Of a stretch of DNA of 44,305 bases, positions 1 through 9,416 are shown one piece after another. The translations under genes and the position numbers were made by a program. This stretch comes from Pseudomonadota bacterium (GTDB lineage: Bacteria > Pseudomonadota > Alphaproteobacteria > Rhizobiales > CAJQND01). Position 1 is the stretch's first letter. The number at the start of each line of letters is the position of its first letter. The stretch spans positions 1 to 44,305 of the forward strand of contig JBCDDQ010000003.1 in NCBI GenBank assembly GCA_039180225.1, written 5' to 3'. A model generated the notes under the pieces. That model was not told the origin of the DNA, did not search any database, and worked only from the letters and a program-made list of their open reading frames with translations.

Positions 1-478
1 CCGCATAGGCTTCAATGATGTCGTCGATCATGGACCGGGTCATAACTTCGGGCATCTCGCGCACCAGCTGTGAAGGTACAGCCGAGGGCGCCCAAAGCGG
101 GCGGCCTGCGTCCTGGTCATTGACTGAGGCCGCTGCATGACCGAGTTGGACAAGGAAACGCCCGCCTTCCCCATGAATGGCTTCAGCAAGGCGCTGGTAG
201 CCTTCAACGACTTCTGGCTTGGTGTTGTTTAAACTGCGCCCGGCCCCAACGCTCCCAGTTGCATGAACGCTGGACGAACCGCTGATCTGCAGTCCCACCC
301 CGCCACGGGCCCGCGCCTGCTGGTAGGCGATAAAGGCTTCGCTTGCCAATCCGTCCTTCTCCAACCCCGGCACGTGGGCGGTCACCAGAACGCGGTTGCG
401 GATCGTCGTGGAACCAATCTGGATTGGTTTAAGAAGATGCTGAAAGGACCGTGTGCCGGCGCGCGTTCTTTTGCTCAT
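1..478 (-). CDS. NADH:flavin oxidoreductase (old yellow enzyme / 2,4-dienoyl-CoA reductase family), N-terminal part, runs off the window
   Basis: Not in the ORF track. Manual translation from ATG 478: MSKRTRAGTRSFQHLLKPIQIGSTTIRNRVLVTAH...YQQARARGGVGLQISG...LAEAIHGEGGRFLVQLGHAA...WAPSAVP...MTRSMIDDIIEAYA, matching the OYE TIM-barrel N-terminus. Confidence 0.9.
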   Translation of the reverse strand, partial: MSKRTRAGTRSFQHLLKPIQIGSTTIRNRVLVTAHVPGLEKDGLASEAFIAYQQARARGGVGLQISGSSSVHATGSVGAGRSLNNTKPEVVEGYQRLAEAIHGEGGRFLVQLGHAAASVNDQDAGRPLWAPSAVPSQLVREMPEVMTRSMIDDIIEAYA

Positions 479-560
479 AAGGCCAGTACTTTGTCACGCC
501 CCTGGAGGCCTGTGAAGGCTTCATCTTGAGACCGTCCGTGATAAACTGGCCTTTAGAACA

Positions 561-1367
561 ATGACACATGGAGACGCCACAGTGACCCAAACGGCATCCA
601 GAGGACGGGCCCGCCTTGGTGTTGTGGTACCGGTGTCCAATTGCAACCTAGAGCCAGACATGGGCCTGCTGCGCCCCGAGGGTGTATCGGTGCACTTTGC
701 CCGGGCGGGCGGCTATGATCTGGACCAGGTTCCGGACGCAGAGCAAATGCGCCAGTTCGCCCTTTCTTCGTTGGATCAGGTGATCGCCGACTTGGCCGCA
801 GTGCGACCGCACTTTGTGCTCTATGGCTGTACGTCAGCCACCCTCGCCCATGGTCCGGCCTTCGACCAGGAGTTCTCTGCCAGCATCACCCAACGCGCCG
901 GGGTGGGCGCGGCAACCGCAGCAGGCGCGCTGGTCTACGCACTCAACACGCTTGGGGTGCAAAAGATTGCTTTCAGCTCCCCTTACGTGGCTGCGCTCAA
1001 TGATGATGCCATAGGCTTTTTGGACGCATCAGGTTTTAAAACCGTCTCACGCAAGGATTTTGACAAAGACCTCGGCAACTACGGCCAGGGAGAACTTGCG
1101 CCCGAAGATGCCTATGCGCTGGGCAAAGCCGCCGACAGTCCAGACGCCGAGGCGCTCGTGTTGTCGTGCACGGAGCTTCGGGCCGTGGAAGCCATCACGG
1201 CTCTGGAGCGCGACTTGGCCAAGCCCGTCGTTACCAGCAACCAGGCCCTGATGTTTACCGCCGCCGTCAAGCTCGGCCTGGATCCGGCATCCGTTCCCAC
1301 CTACGGACGACTGCTCAGTCAGACCATTCTAGAAGGAGCGATGGCCACTGGTTCGGTGGCCGCGTAA
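561..1367 (+). CDS. Maleate cis-trans isomerase / Asp-Glu racemase family protein
   Basis: LGVVVPVSN..LEPD, two catalytic-type Cys motifs YGCTS and LSCTEL, SPY, KPVVTSNQA. Alternative GTG start at 582 after GGAG. Confidence 0.88.
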   Translation: MTHGDATVTQTASRGRARLGVVVPVSNCNLEPDMGLLRPEGVSVHFARAGGYDLDQVPDAEQMRQFALSSLDQVIADLAAVRPHFVLYGCTSATLAHGPAFDQEFSASITQRAGVGAATAAGALVYALNTLGVQKIAFSSPYVAALNDDAIGFLDASGFKTVSRKDFDKDLGNYGQGELAPEDAYALGKAADSPDAEALVLSCTELRAVEAITALERDLAKPVVTSNQALMFTAAVKLGLDPASVPTYGRLLSQTILEGAMATGSVAA

Positions 1368-1498
1368 CCGCTCAATAATGCGTTGGTCCAGATCGGTGGA
1401 ACCGTGCGCAAATTGTGGCTGGAGCAGAATTTCTGCCCTCATGTCAGGCGTTTAAGCGGATCGAATTTAGTCCGTACTCGCCACAATTCGGCCAAATT

Positions 1499-1535
1499 AT
1501 GGTTAATATCCTGTGTATGTTCAAACATGCTTAAC
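1499..1535. promoter_or_regulatory. Possible CtrA-type sites upstream of the lytic transglycosylase
   Basis: ATGGTTAA (reverse complement TTAACCAT) at 1499-1506 and TTCA-N7-TTAAC at 1520-1535, one mismatch to TTAA-N7-TTAAC. Confidence 0.35.
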
Positions 1536-1645
1536 AAAACACTACACCTGAGGTTAGGCATGGAGAGTTGTTAGGCGCTGTGTCTTTTGGGGATTCTAAG
1601 CCTAGGGTGTGTATTGAGTAGGCGGGTAACGCCTGGAGGGGATCC

Positions 1646-2350
1646 ATGCGTGGATTTATTCTCATCGCCAGCTTGGCGATATTGTTGAGTGGCTGTGTGA
1701 GTTCTGGAACGAGCTCTACGAAAGCTTATCGCGTTGCGAGCGCAGGACATGAACGTGCAATCACGTCCGCCAGCCTCAAACCCAAGAAAACGAGAGTGGC
1801 GAAAAAGCGCGTCAAGCGCAGAAAACGGCGTGTCCAGATCGCCAGCCGGCAACAGCCTGTGCGTATGGGCAAATCCGATTTCAGGAAATACAAAGTTGCC
1901 AAAGTCCGTAAAGTGCGCGGACGCAAAGCACGCCGGAAGTTCCGCAAGCGCATCGCCCGGGCCCGTACCCGTGGTCGCCTGACCACGGCGCGCAAGAGCC
2001 GAGTGATGGCTGCCGTCAGGAGCCATGCCCGCCGAGCCGGCATCTCTCAGTCCATGGCTCTGGCCGTCGTGCGCCAAGAGAGTTCGTTTAACCCCAAAGC
2101 GCGCGGCAGTGTTGGCGAGATCGGCCTTATGCAGGTCAAGTGCGCAACCGCCCGCTCGGTTGGCTACAAAGGCTCTTGCAAAGGCCTCTACAATGTCAAC
2201 ACGAACCTGAAGTACGGCATGCGCTACCTGAAGAAAGCGCTGAAACGGGGCAGCGTCGGCTATTACAATGCCGGTATCTATGCCAAGCGGCTTCCCAAAC
2301 AAGCTCGCAAATATGCAAGTTCCGTGAAGCGCAAGCAGCGCAACTACTAA
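1646..2350 (+). CDS. Lytic transglycosylase (SLT domain) lipoprotein with Arg/Lys-rich N-terminal region
   Basis: Lipobox LLSGC; SLT motifs VVRQESSFNPKARG, GEIGLMQV, NLKYGMRYL, YNAG; GGAGG RBS. Confidence 0.9.
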   Translation: MRGFILIASLAILLSGCVSSGTSSTKAYRVASAGHERAITSASLKPKKTRVAKKRVKRRKRRVQIASRQQPVRMGKSDFRKYKVAKVRKVRGRKARRKFRKRIARARTRGRLTTARKSRVMAAVRSHARRAGISQSMALAVVRQESSFNPKARGSVGEIGLMQVKCATARSVGYKGSCKGLYNVNTNLKYGMRYLKKALKRGSVGYYNAGIYAKRLPKQARKYASSVKRKQRNY

Positions 2351-2369
2351 GCTCTTAAGGCCGGTTCGC

Positions 2370-3857
2370 TCACCCCATGATGAACGGATCGGCCATGGGC
2401 TCACCTGTCACCTCAATCATGGTTCCCTTGGTTTCCGTGAAATCGCGGATCGCATCAATACCGGCTTCACGCCCATAACCGCTGTTGCGGAACCCGCCAA
2501 AAGGCGTCAACACCGACGAGCGCCGATACGTGTTGACCCAAATGCGTCCGGCCCTGATCGCCCTCGCCATCCGGATGCCGCGGGCGGAATCACGTGTGAA
2601 CACACCGCCGGCAAAGGCGAACTCGGTGCCGTTCGCCAAGGTCACGGCCTCCGCTTCATTGGTAAATTTCAGAACACTGAGAATGGGAGCAAACAGCTCG
2701 GTCTGCACACATGGTAGCGTTTGGTCCTCACATTCAAGAATTGTGGGCTCGTAGTACCACCCCTTTGCCAGGCTCGATGGTCGCCCTCCCCCCGTGACCA
2801 ACCTGGCTCCCTGATCCAGCGATTGCTGCACGACCCGCTCGGCACGGTCCCGCTGCGCCAGTGTGGCCAGCGGCCCCATCTGGGTTGTTTCGTCAAGCGG
2901 GTCACCAACCAACACGTCTTCAGCCCGGGCCTTGAGCCGGCTGAGCATCTCATCATAGACGCCCGCCTGCAAAATAAGGCGCGAGCCGGCAGCACAGCTT
3001 TGCCCGCTGGCACCGAAGATCCCGGCCAACACCCCGTTCACGGCGCTGTCCAGATCCGCATCATCGAACACCACCACCGGCGACTTGCCGCCAAGCTCCA
3101 GACTGAGTTTGGCAATATTGTTGGCCGTGCTCGGGATGATGCGCCGCGCTGTTTCAACGCCTCCGGTAAAGCTGATGCGGTCCACATTGGGATGTGCCGT
3201 CAATGACCGGCCACATGGCTCACCAAGTCCGGTGATCACGTTGAAGGTGCCGGGCGGCAGGTCCAGTTCCGCAACGATCGCTGCAAACTCCAGCATGGCG
3301 GCCGAGGCATGTTCTGAGGCTTTCACCACCACCGAATTACCGGCGGCCAAGGCCGGCCCAACTTTGTTGGCAGCAAGCTGGATCTGCGTGTTCCACGGCA
3401 CTATCGCAGCCACCACGCCCACTGGCTCATGGGTCACGTACATAAGGTTCTGATCGGGCGCCAAGGGAGGCACATAGCCGTTCACCTTGTCGGCCAACCC
3501 GCCATAGAACTCATACATCGCCGCCACATTGTTGGCCTGCCAGCGGGTCTCGCGAAAGAGCTTGCCCGTGTCGATGGTTTCCGTGCGCCCCAGAGCCTCA
3601 GCATTGGGCCTAATCAGCTCCGCCAGCTGGCGCAGTTTTTTGCCCCGCTCGGTTGGTGACGTGCGCGGCCAAGGACCGTCTTCGAACGCGGCGTGCGCGG
3701 CCTCAACGGCCCTGTTCACGTCTCTTTCTGAGGCCGCCGGGATCTCGGCCCAGTCTTCTTCCGTGGCCGGATTGGTGGAGGCAAAGCGTTCACAGCCCTC
3801 AGCCTTGCACCAATCACCTGCAATGAACATTTCATAGGGTTTCAAGTCAGCAGTCAT
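2370..3857 (-). CDS. Aldehyde dehydrogenase
   Basis: PWN, FTGG, LELGGKSP, GQSCAAGSR (catalytic Cys), ELFAP, PFGGFRNSGYGRE. Start placed at MTADLK (3857); the track starts at 3872. Confidence 0.95.
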   Translation of the reverse strand: MTADLKPYEMFIAGDWCKAEGCERFASTNPATEEDWAEIPAASERDVNRAVEAAHAAFEDGPWPRTSPTERGKKLRQLAELIRPNAEALGRTETIDTGKLFRETRWQANNVAAMYEFYGGLADKVNGYVPPLAPDQNLMYVTHEPVGVVAAIVPWNTQIQLAANKVGPALAAGNSVVVKASEHASAAMLEFAAIVAELDLPPGTFNVITGLGEPCGRSLTAHPNVDRISFTGGVETARRIIPSTANNIAKLSLELGGKSPVVVFDDADLDSAVNGVLAGIFGASGQSCAAGSRLILQAGVYDEMLSRLKARAEDVLVGDPLDETTQMGPLATLAQRDRAERVVQQSLDQGARLVTGGGRPSSLAKGWYYEPTILECEDQTLPCVQTELFAPILSVLKFTNEAEAVTLANGTEFAFAGGVFTRDSARGIRMARAIRAGRIWVNTYRRSSVLTPFGGFRNSGYGREAGIDAIRDFTETKGTMIEVTGEPMADPFIMG

Positions 3858-3933
3858 TTCAGGCCTTTCCATGTGGAATGCGCAACGGTAGCCTCCAAGC
3901 TGACAATTGCAAACCCTCTCAACGGAGCGCCTC

Positions 3934-4719
3934 GTGCCCTTCTCCTCGCAAGACCCGCGCCTTTACTACGTCCGCGAGGGAACAGGCCCGAACCTCGTGC
4001 TGATCCATGGCGTTGGCTCCCAACACGGGGACTGGGATGGGGTGGTGCGCGCCTTGAACGGCCGCTTCTCAATTCTGCGCTACGACCTTCGCGGACATGG
4101 TGCATCAGCCGCGCCGGAAGGCCCATACGAAATCGAGGACTTCACGGCCGATCTCAAGACGCTGATGGATGAGTTGGACCTTGGCCAAGCTCATGTGGCC
4201 GGCTTCTCTCTTGGCGGCTTGATTGCCCAGAGCCTGGCACTCACCCATCCGGAACGGATAAATGCACTCGCCTTGTTGGGAACCGTTGCAGGCCGAACGC
4301 CAGAAGAACGGGCTCGAGTTGAAGGACGGCTTGACTATATTGCCACCTCGCACCCGGCCGACTATTTCGATCAGTCCGTGAGCCGATGGTTCACAGCAGG
4401 CTTTCAGGCCGCCCATCCAGAAATCGTTGCCGCTCGAAAGGCAGCGGTCACGGCGATGGACGGTGCAGCCTATGCGGCCGCCTATCATGCACTCGCCACA
4501 ACCGATTTCGCCGATCGGTTGAGCGAGATTGCTCACCGCACGCTGGTGGCGACAGGAGAAGAGGATATCGGGTCCAATCCACGCATGGCCCGTTTCATGG
4601 CGGACGCCATTGCCAACAGCAGATTGGAGATCCTTTCAGGGCTACGGCACTCTATTCTGCTGGAGGCGCCGGATCGGGTGGCCGGCCTGCTTTCTGAATT
4701 CTTTGCTGAGACAATCTGA
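3934..4719 (+). CDS. Alpha/beta hydrolase (3-oxoadipate enol-lactonase-like)
   Basis: LIHGVG, YDLRGHGAS, GFSLGG nucleophile elbow, GEED, LRHSILLE. GTG at 3934 follows GGAG; the track uses TTG 3907. Confidence 0.88.
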   Translation: MPFSSQDPRLYYVREGTGPNLVLIHGVGSQHGDWDGVVRALNGRFSILRYDLRGHGASAAPEGPYEIEDFTADLKTLMDELDLGQAHVAGFSLGGLIAQSLALTHPERINALALLGTVAGRTPEERARVEGRLDYIATSHPADYFDQSVSRWFTAGFQAAHPEIVAARKAAVTAMDGAAYAAAYHALATTDFADRLSEIAHRTLVATGEEDIGSNPRMARFMADAIANSRLEILSGLRHSILLEAPDRVAGLLSEFFAETI

Positions 4720-4731
4720 GGAGCGAACGTC

Positions 4732-5952
4732 ATGGAGCACATATGGCGGTGGCCCACGCAGCGGGTTCATCATGTATCCGGCTCGGCGGCCACTCTCACA
4801 TTCGTAGGAGGTGCGGGAGATTTCGACAGCCAAGGGACCATTCGCGCTCCAGGCGATTTGGAGGCACAGATCGAAGGCAGCCTGAGCAACATCGCAGATG
4901 CGCTCTCGGCCGAGAGTTGCACCCTTGCCGATATCATCCGCATCAAAGCCTATTTCACTGCCGACTGTGACGACTGGCACGTGATTGCTCTCATCGCAGC
5001 TCTGTTGCCGGACGATCCCATGCCTTCGATCAGCACCGTCCCCGAACCGCTTCAGCCGTTTGCGGGACAGCAGATCCAAATCCAAGCCATTGCCCAGAGA
5101 GGCTGGCGCAACCATGCCGACATACGTGTCGCCACACGACCCGTGCCGTCTCAATGGACAGACCGGTTCGCAGGGCGCAACGTGACCGCAGGCCTTCGCG
5201 CCGGCGAATTCATAACCGTTTCGAACCGCACCGCAGAGGAGGCTGACAGCACCGTTACAGCCCCCGGTGACGGTGTCGCGCAAAGCCACACGATCATGGG
5301 TTTTCACGAAGCCACACTGGCCGAGCTGGGCGCCGGCATGCAGGACTGCGTGAAGATGGAGGGTCACTTTTTTGGCACCACCCGGGAAGACTGGGCCCCG
5401 CTTGCCCTCGCCCGCGCGAGCCATTTTGCAGAACCCGGCCCGCCGGCTACAGTGGTGCCCTGCCAGCGCCTCAATCCAGAAGGCGCCGTCACCAAAATCG
5501 ACGTGATGGCCATGCGCCAGAAGCGCAACGCATACGACAAATACATACCCAGAGAGGATTTTTGGCCGGACCGAGTATGGGATTGGCCGCTCAATTTGCC
5601 CTATCGACAGGCCATAAAGCTGCGCGACATGATCTGGCTGGGTGGTCAGGTGCCCTCAGAGCCCTTCGCCAATACGGGAAAACGCATGATGCCCGGAAAC
5701 CTGCCAGGGCAAACCCGGCTCACCATGTCGGTGGTGGAAGATCTGCTGCGCGGCTTCAACCGGCGTCCGGCCGATCTGAAACTGATGGTATGCTATTTCA
5801 CCTGCGCTGACGGTGACGAGACGACCCATCAGATGCTGGACATCTTGGCACAGTGTGTCGGAGGCGCCCTGCCACCAACCACCTTGGTGCCCAAGCCCAT
5901 GATGCACACCCCGGACAACACAGTGGAGATCTGGGGGGTGGCTCAAGGTTGA
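4732..5952 (+). CDS. Rid (YjgF/YER057c/UK114) family protein with three tandem domains
   Basis: Three repeats of the Rid pattern: FVGG...GDLEAQ...LADIIRIKAYF; TVSN...GDGVAQ...MQDCVKMEGHF; WLGGQVP...GNLPGQ...PADLKLMVCYF...VEIWGVA. 406 aa is about three times a Rid monomer. Confidence 0.8.
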   Translation: MEHIWRWPTQRVHHVSGSAATLTFVGGAGDFDSQGTIRAPGDLEAQIEGSLSNIADALSAESCTLADIIRIKAYFTADCDDWHVIALIAALLPDDPMPSISTVPEPLQPFAGQQIQIQAIAQRGWRNHADIRVATRPVPSQWTDRFAGRNVTAGLRAGEFITVSNRTAEEADSTVTAPGDGVAQSHTIMGFHEATLAELGAGMQDCVKMEGHFFGTTREDWAPLALARASHFAEPGPPATVVPCQRLNPEGAVTKIDVMAMRQKRNAYDKYIPREDFWPDRVWDWPLNLPYRQAIKLRDMIWLGGQVPSEPFANTGKRMMPGNLPGQTRLTMSVVEDLLRGFNRRPADLKLMVCYFTCADGDETTHQMLDILAQCVGGALPPTTLVPKPMMHTPDNTVEIWGVAQG

Positions 5953-5962
5953 GCCTCTGCGC

Positions 5963-6781
5963 TCACTTGGCGTTCGGGAAGAACAGCTGCTGCCCGCCAA
6001 CGGTGTGGCCGGCAATCTGGCGTTGCCCGACCGGGCTTAACAGCCAATCGATGAAGGTTTGACCCAGTTCAGCCTTCACGTCGGGACATTTCGCCGGGTT
6101 CACCAACATCACACCATATTGGTTGAAGAGCGCCTTATCGCCCTCGCTCAGGACCGCAAAGTCGCTCTTGTTCTTGAAGTTTATCCACGTGGCACGGTCC
6201 GTCAGCGCATAGGCCCCCATGCCCACAGCGGCGTTCAGCGTTGCCCCCATGCCAGACCCGGTTGCGCGATACCACGTGCCAGAGGCCGGCTCGGGATCAA
6301 TGCTGGCAGCCTTCCAAAGCGCCAGTTCCTTTTTGTGGGTGCCGCTGTCATCACCGCGCGAAGCGAATGGAGCACCACTGCCGGCAATTTGTTTCAGCGC
6401 GGAGGCCACATCAGGCAAGCCGGAGATCTTGGCCGGATCTGCCTCAGGGCCGACAATGACGAAATCATTGTACATAAGATCAAACCGCTTCACCCCATAC
6501 CCGCTCGCCACAAACTTCTCTTCAGCCGCTTTGGCGTGCACCAGCAACACATCTCCATCGCAGTTTCGGGCATTGCGGATCGCCTGCCCGGTGCCTACGG
6601 CAACCACACGGGCCTTGATGCCGCTGGCAGCCTCAAACTTCGGGAGCAAATAGTCATAAAGTCCCGAATTCGCCGTTGACGTTGTGGACTGAATGAAGAT
6701 CGATTTTTCCACGGCCTGAACCGGCGGAACCAAAACGGAAATGATTGCGCCCGCCAACACGCAAGCAATTCTCAGTTTCAT
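5963..6781 (-). CDS. tupA: Tungstate ABC transporter substrate-binding protein
   Basis: Signal peptide; STTSTANSGL, VGTGQA, DVLLVHA, MYNDFVIVGP, SRGDDSGTHKKE, LFNQYG, QQLFFPNA. Confidence 0.92.
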   Translation of the reverse strand: MKLRIACVLAGAIISVLVPPVQAVEKSIFIQSTTSTANSGLYDYLLPKFEAASGIKARVVAVGTGQAIRNARNCDGDVLLVHAKAAEEKFVASGYGVKRFDLMYNDFVIVGPEADPAKISGLPDVASALKQIAGSGAPFASRGDDSGTHKKELALWKAASIDPEPASGTWYRATGSGMGATLNAAVGMGAYALTDRATWINFKNKSDFAVLSEGDKALFNQYGVMLVNPAKCPDVKAELGQTFIDWLLSPVGQRQIAGHTVGGQQLFFPNAK

Positions 6782-6805
6782 ACCAGGCGCCTCATTTTTG
6801 AGTTT

Positions 6806-7531
6806 TCACACAACAATCCGCCCCGCCAGATAGGCCTGCGAAACGCGGCTGACAGGCCTGGTAAAGAACGTTGAAGCGGGGCTTTGTTCTTCCAGCTTGC
6901 CTTGATGCAAGAACACAATCTCGGCGCCCATCCGCCGAGCTTGACCCACATCGTGAGTCACGAAAATGATCTTCATCCCGTCTGCTGCCGCGCCCTTTAA
7001 AGTGTCTTCAATCAGCGCCACGGACGCCGGATCAAGATTGGCCGTGGGCTCATCCAGAAACAACACTTCAGGCCGGCAGCTCAAGGCCCGGGCGAGCGCC
7101 AAACGCTGCTGTTCCCCGCCTGACAAGAGCCGGGCCGGCCGCTCCAGCATGTGAGACAATCCCACAAGCTCAAGCAGCTCATCGCGCCGGCGCACACTGC
7201 CGAGACCGCGCACCTTCAACGCAAAATCGATATTGGCGGCAACCGACCTTCTCAACAGGATCGGGCTTTGAAAAACCATGGCCTGGCGCAGACGCATGTT
7301 CTCCGAGTTCCCCTCTCCTGCCCAGTGGATAGAGCCGGAGGTTTGCGGCACAAGACCATGAAGCAGCCGCAGGAAAAGGCTCTTGCCTGCACCATTAAAA
7401 CCCATGATGACCGAAATGCCTGGCTCGGCCATGGTGAGCGAGAGGCCGTCGATCAGTTTCTCGCCACCCAGTATGAGCGTGAGGTCTTCGACCCGGAGCG
7501 GAAGAACGGTGCTCATCTTAAGCATAGGCAA
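6806..7531 (-). CDS. tupC: Tungstate ABC transporter ATP-binding protein
   Basis: Walker A GFNGAGKS, LSGGEQQR, FLDEPTANLDP; lies between tupB and tupA. Confidence 0.88.
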   Translation of the reverse strand: MPMLKMSTVLPLRVEDLTLILGGEKLIDGLSLTMAEPGISVIMGFNGAGKSLFLRLLHGLVPQTSGSIHWAGEGNSENMRLRQAMVFQSPILLRRSVAANIDFALKVRGLGSVRRRDELLELVGLSHMLERPARLLSGGEQQRLALARALSCRPEVLFLDEPTANLDPASVALIEDTLKGAAADGMKIIFVTHDVGQARRMGAEIVFLHQGKLEEQSPASTFFTRPVSRVSQAYLAGRIVV

Positions 7532-8225
7532 ATTTTGACGCCGCTTGGCGCATCACAAACGCCAGGGCATTTACCGTCAAGGCGATAACCAGCAACACGA
7601 GCCCAAGCGCCAACGCCAACGGCAAGTCACCCTTGGAGGTTTCAAGCGCAATTGCCGTGGTCATGACACGGGTCAGATGATCGATGTTTCCACCGACAAT
7701 AATCACGGCACCCACTTCCGCAATCGAGCGCCCGAAACCGGCCAGAGCGACCGTGATCAGGCTGAAACGCCCATCCCAGAGCAGTGCGGCGATTTCAGCG
7801 GGCCACGGTACGTTCAATGAACGGAATTGCTCAGAATACTCTTCATGCAGGTCTTCCAGAATTTGCCGGGACAAGGCCGCAATGATCGGTGTGATCAAGA
7901 TGGTCTGCGCAATGATCATGGCCGTCGGCGTATAGAGCAGCTGCATCCAGCCTAGCGGCCCGGCGCGGGAGAGATAGAGATACACAATGAGCCCGACCAC
8001 CACCGGCGGCAGGCCCATCAGAGCGTTCATCAAAACCAGCAAGGCGGACCGGCCCCAGAACCGGCATGTGGCCACAAGCGCGCCAAGGGGCAGACCGATG
8101 AGACAGGACACAAGGAGCGCCGTGAGGCTTACCCTCAGTGAAAGCGCAATAATCTCCATCAAGTCGGCGTCGGCCGAAAACAAGAGACCGAAGGCCAGAC
8201 CAAAAGCTGATTCAAATCCATGCAT
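7518..8225 (-). CDS. tupB: Tungstate ABC transporter permease
   Basis: LMGLPPVVVGL, GPLG..LLYTPTAMIIAQ, GFGRSIAEVGAVIIVGGNI..TRVMTTAIALETSKG. Confidence 0.92.
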   Translation of the reverse strand: MHGFESAFGLAFGLLFSADADLMEIIALSLRVSLTALLVSCLIGLPLGALVATCRFWGRSALLVLMNALMGLPPVVVGLIVYLYLSRAGPLGWMQLLYTPTAMIIAQTILITPIIAALSRQILEDLHEEYSEQFRSLNVPWPAEIAALLWDGRFSLITVALAGFGRSIAEVGAVIIVGGNIDHLTRVMTTAIALETSKGDLPLALALGLVLLVIALTVNALAFVMRQAASKFAYA

Positions 8226-8300
8226 AATTTACGAAATTTACTCATTTCCGGAAATTTTGCAATAATGTGCAACACAATAACGCATCGCACAAGCGTGCCT

Positions 8301-9416
8301 TCAAGCGCGTGCGGAGATCAGAACACGCCGGTCAAAGCTGACGCTTTTCACCAAAGCGTACGCCTGGAGTCCTGGCGCCAGCTGCAGATCGTCGGCCGAT
8401 TGGCGCGTGATCCGGGCGCGCAGGCCTTGTTCGCCCACCCGTAAAAGGACTTCGGCAAACGCCGTGTCCGGCTCGGCCCGCACCTCTTCCACCACCGCGG
8501 GCAGACAGTTCCGGATACTCACACCTGACGGCTTCTCAAGCGCCAAAGACACATCCCGCGCACGGATCCGCAGCCGCACCTGGTCGCCTGGATTGAGTGA
8601 GCTGACCATAGGCATTTGAAGATCCCTGCCATCCAGGTCCAGGTTGGTGAGCTGGTACTGGGTGTTGTGTCCTGTCACCTGAGCCTCAACCACGGCGCCA
8701 GCCTCAAAGTTGCCCGTGTAGCCGTGCATGTCCAACTGTTGAAAGATATCCGGCAACGCGCCGCGCAAGGTCACCTTGCCGTCCACCAGAATGATGGCCT
8801 GATCCGCCAGGCGCGCCACTTCATCAACGGCATGGCTGACAAATATGGCGGGTATGCCAAACACGTCCGGAACTTTCTCAATAAACGGCAAAAGCTCGCC
8901 CTTGCGCCGCACGTCGAGCGCTGACAGGGGCTCATCAAGCAGCAAAAGTGCTGGTTGGCTGAGAACCGTGCGCCCCAACGCAACCCGCTGCCTTTCACCG
9001 CCGGACAGCCCCTCGGGTCTGCGCTCCAGGAGTGCACTGAGATCCAACGCCTGCACCACCTGGTCGAAACGGATCGGGCGCTGGTCTTCCGGACTGCGGG
9101 AAAGGGCGTAGTTCAGGTTCCCCTCAACAGTGAGATGGGGAAACAGGCGGCCATCTTGAAACACAAGTCCTACGGGCCGGCGGTGGGCAGGCAGGAAGAC
9201 GCCGCTTTCGCTGTCACCCCAAACTGTGCCGTTAAAAACCACCCGCCCCTTGGCCCGTTGCTCAAGTCCGGCCAGGATCCGCAACAAAGTGCTCTTGCCG
9301 CTGCCGCTTGGCCCAAACAGCGCGGTGATGCCCGTCAGTGAGATCACCTCGTCAATGTTCACTGTGAAGTCGGAGAACGCCAACTCCGCCGAGAGTTCTA
9401 GCTGACTAGGTGACAT
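8301..9416 (-). CDS. modC: Molybdate ABC transporter ATP-binding protein
   Basis: GPSGSGKS, VFQDGRLFPHLTV, LSGGERQR, C-terminal TOBE/Mop region (IRARDVSLA..SIRN..ARIT..ALVKSV). Start placed at ATG 9416, overlapping the modB end. Confidence 0.93.
   Translation of the reverse strand: MSPSQLELSAELAFSDFTVNIDEVISLTGITALFGPSGSGKSTLLRILAGLEQRAKGRVVFNGTVWGDSESGVFLPAHRRPVGLVFQDGRLFPHLTVEGNLNYALSRSPEDQRPIRFDQVVQALDLSALLERRPEGLSGGERQRVALGRTVLSQPALLLLDEPLSALDVRRKGELLPFIEKVPDVFGIPAIFVSHAVDEVARLADQAIILVDGKVTLRGALPDIFQQLDMHGYTGNFEAGAVVEAQVTGHNTQYQLTNLDLDGRDLQMPMVSSLNPGDQVRLRIRARDVSLALEKPSGVSIRNCLPAVVEEVRAEPDTAFAEVLLRVGEQGLRARITRQSADDLQLAPGLQAYALVKSVSFDRRVLISARA

Noticed and set aside
561-1367. Arylmalonate decarboxylase or ectoine utilisation EutA call
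   Set aside because: Both catalytic cysteines are present (isomerase/racemase type) and no other eut/ehu genes are adjacent, so I left it at family level.
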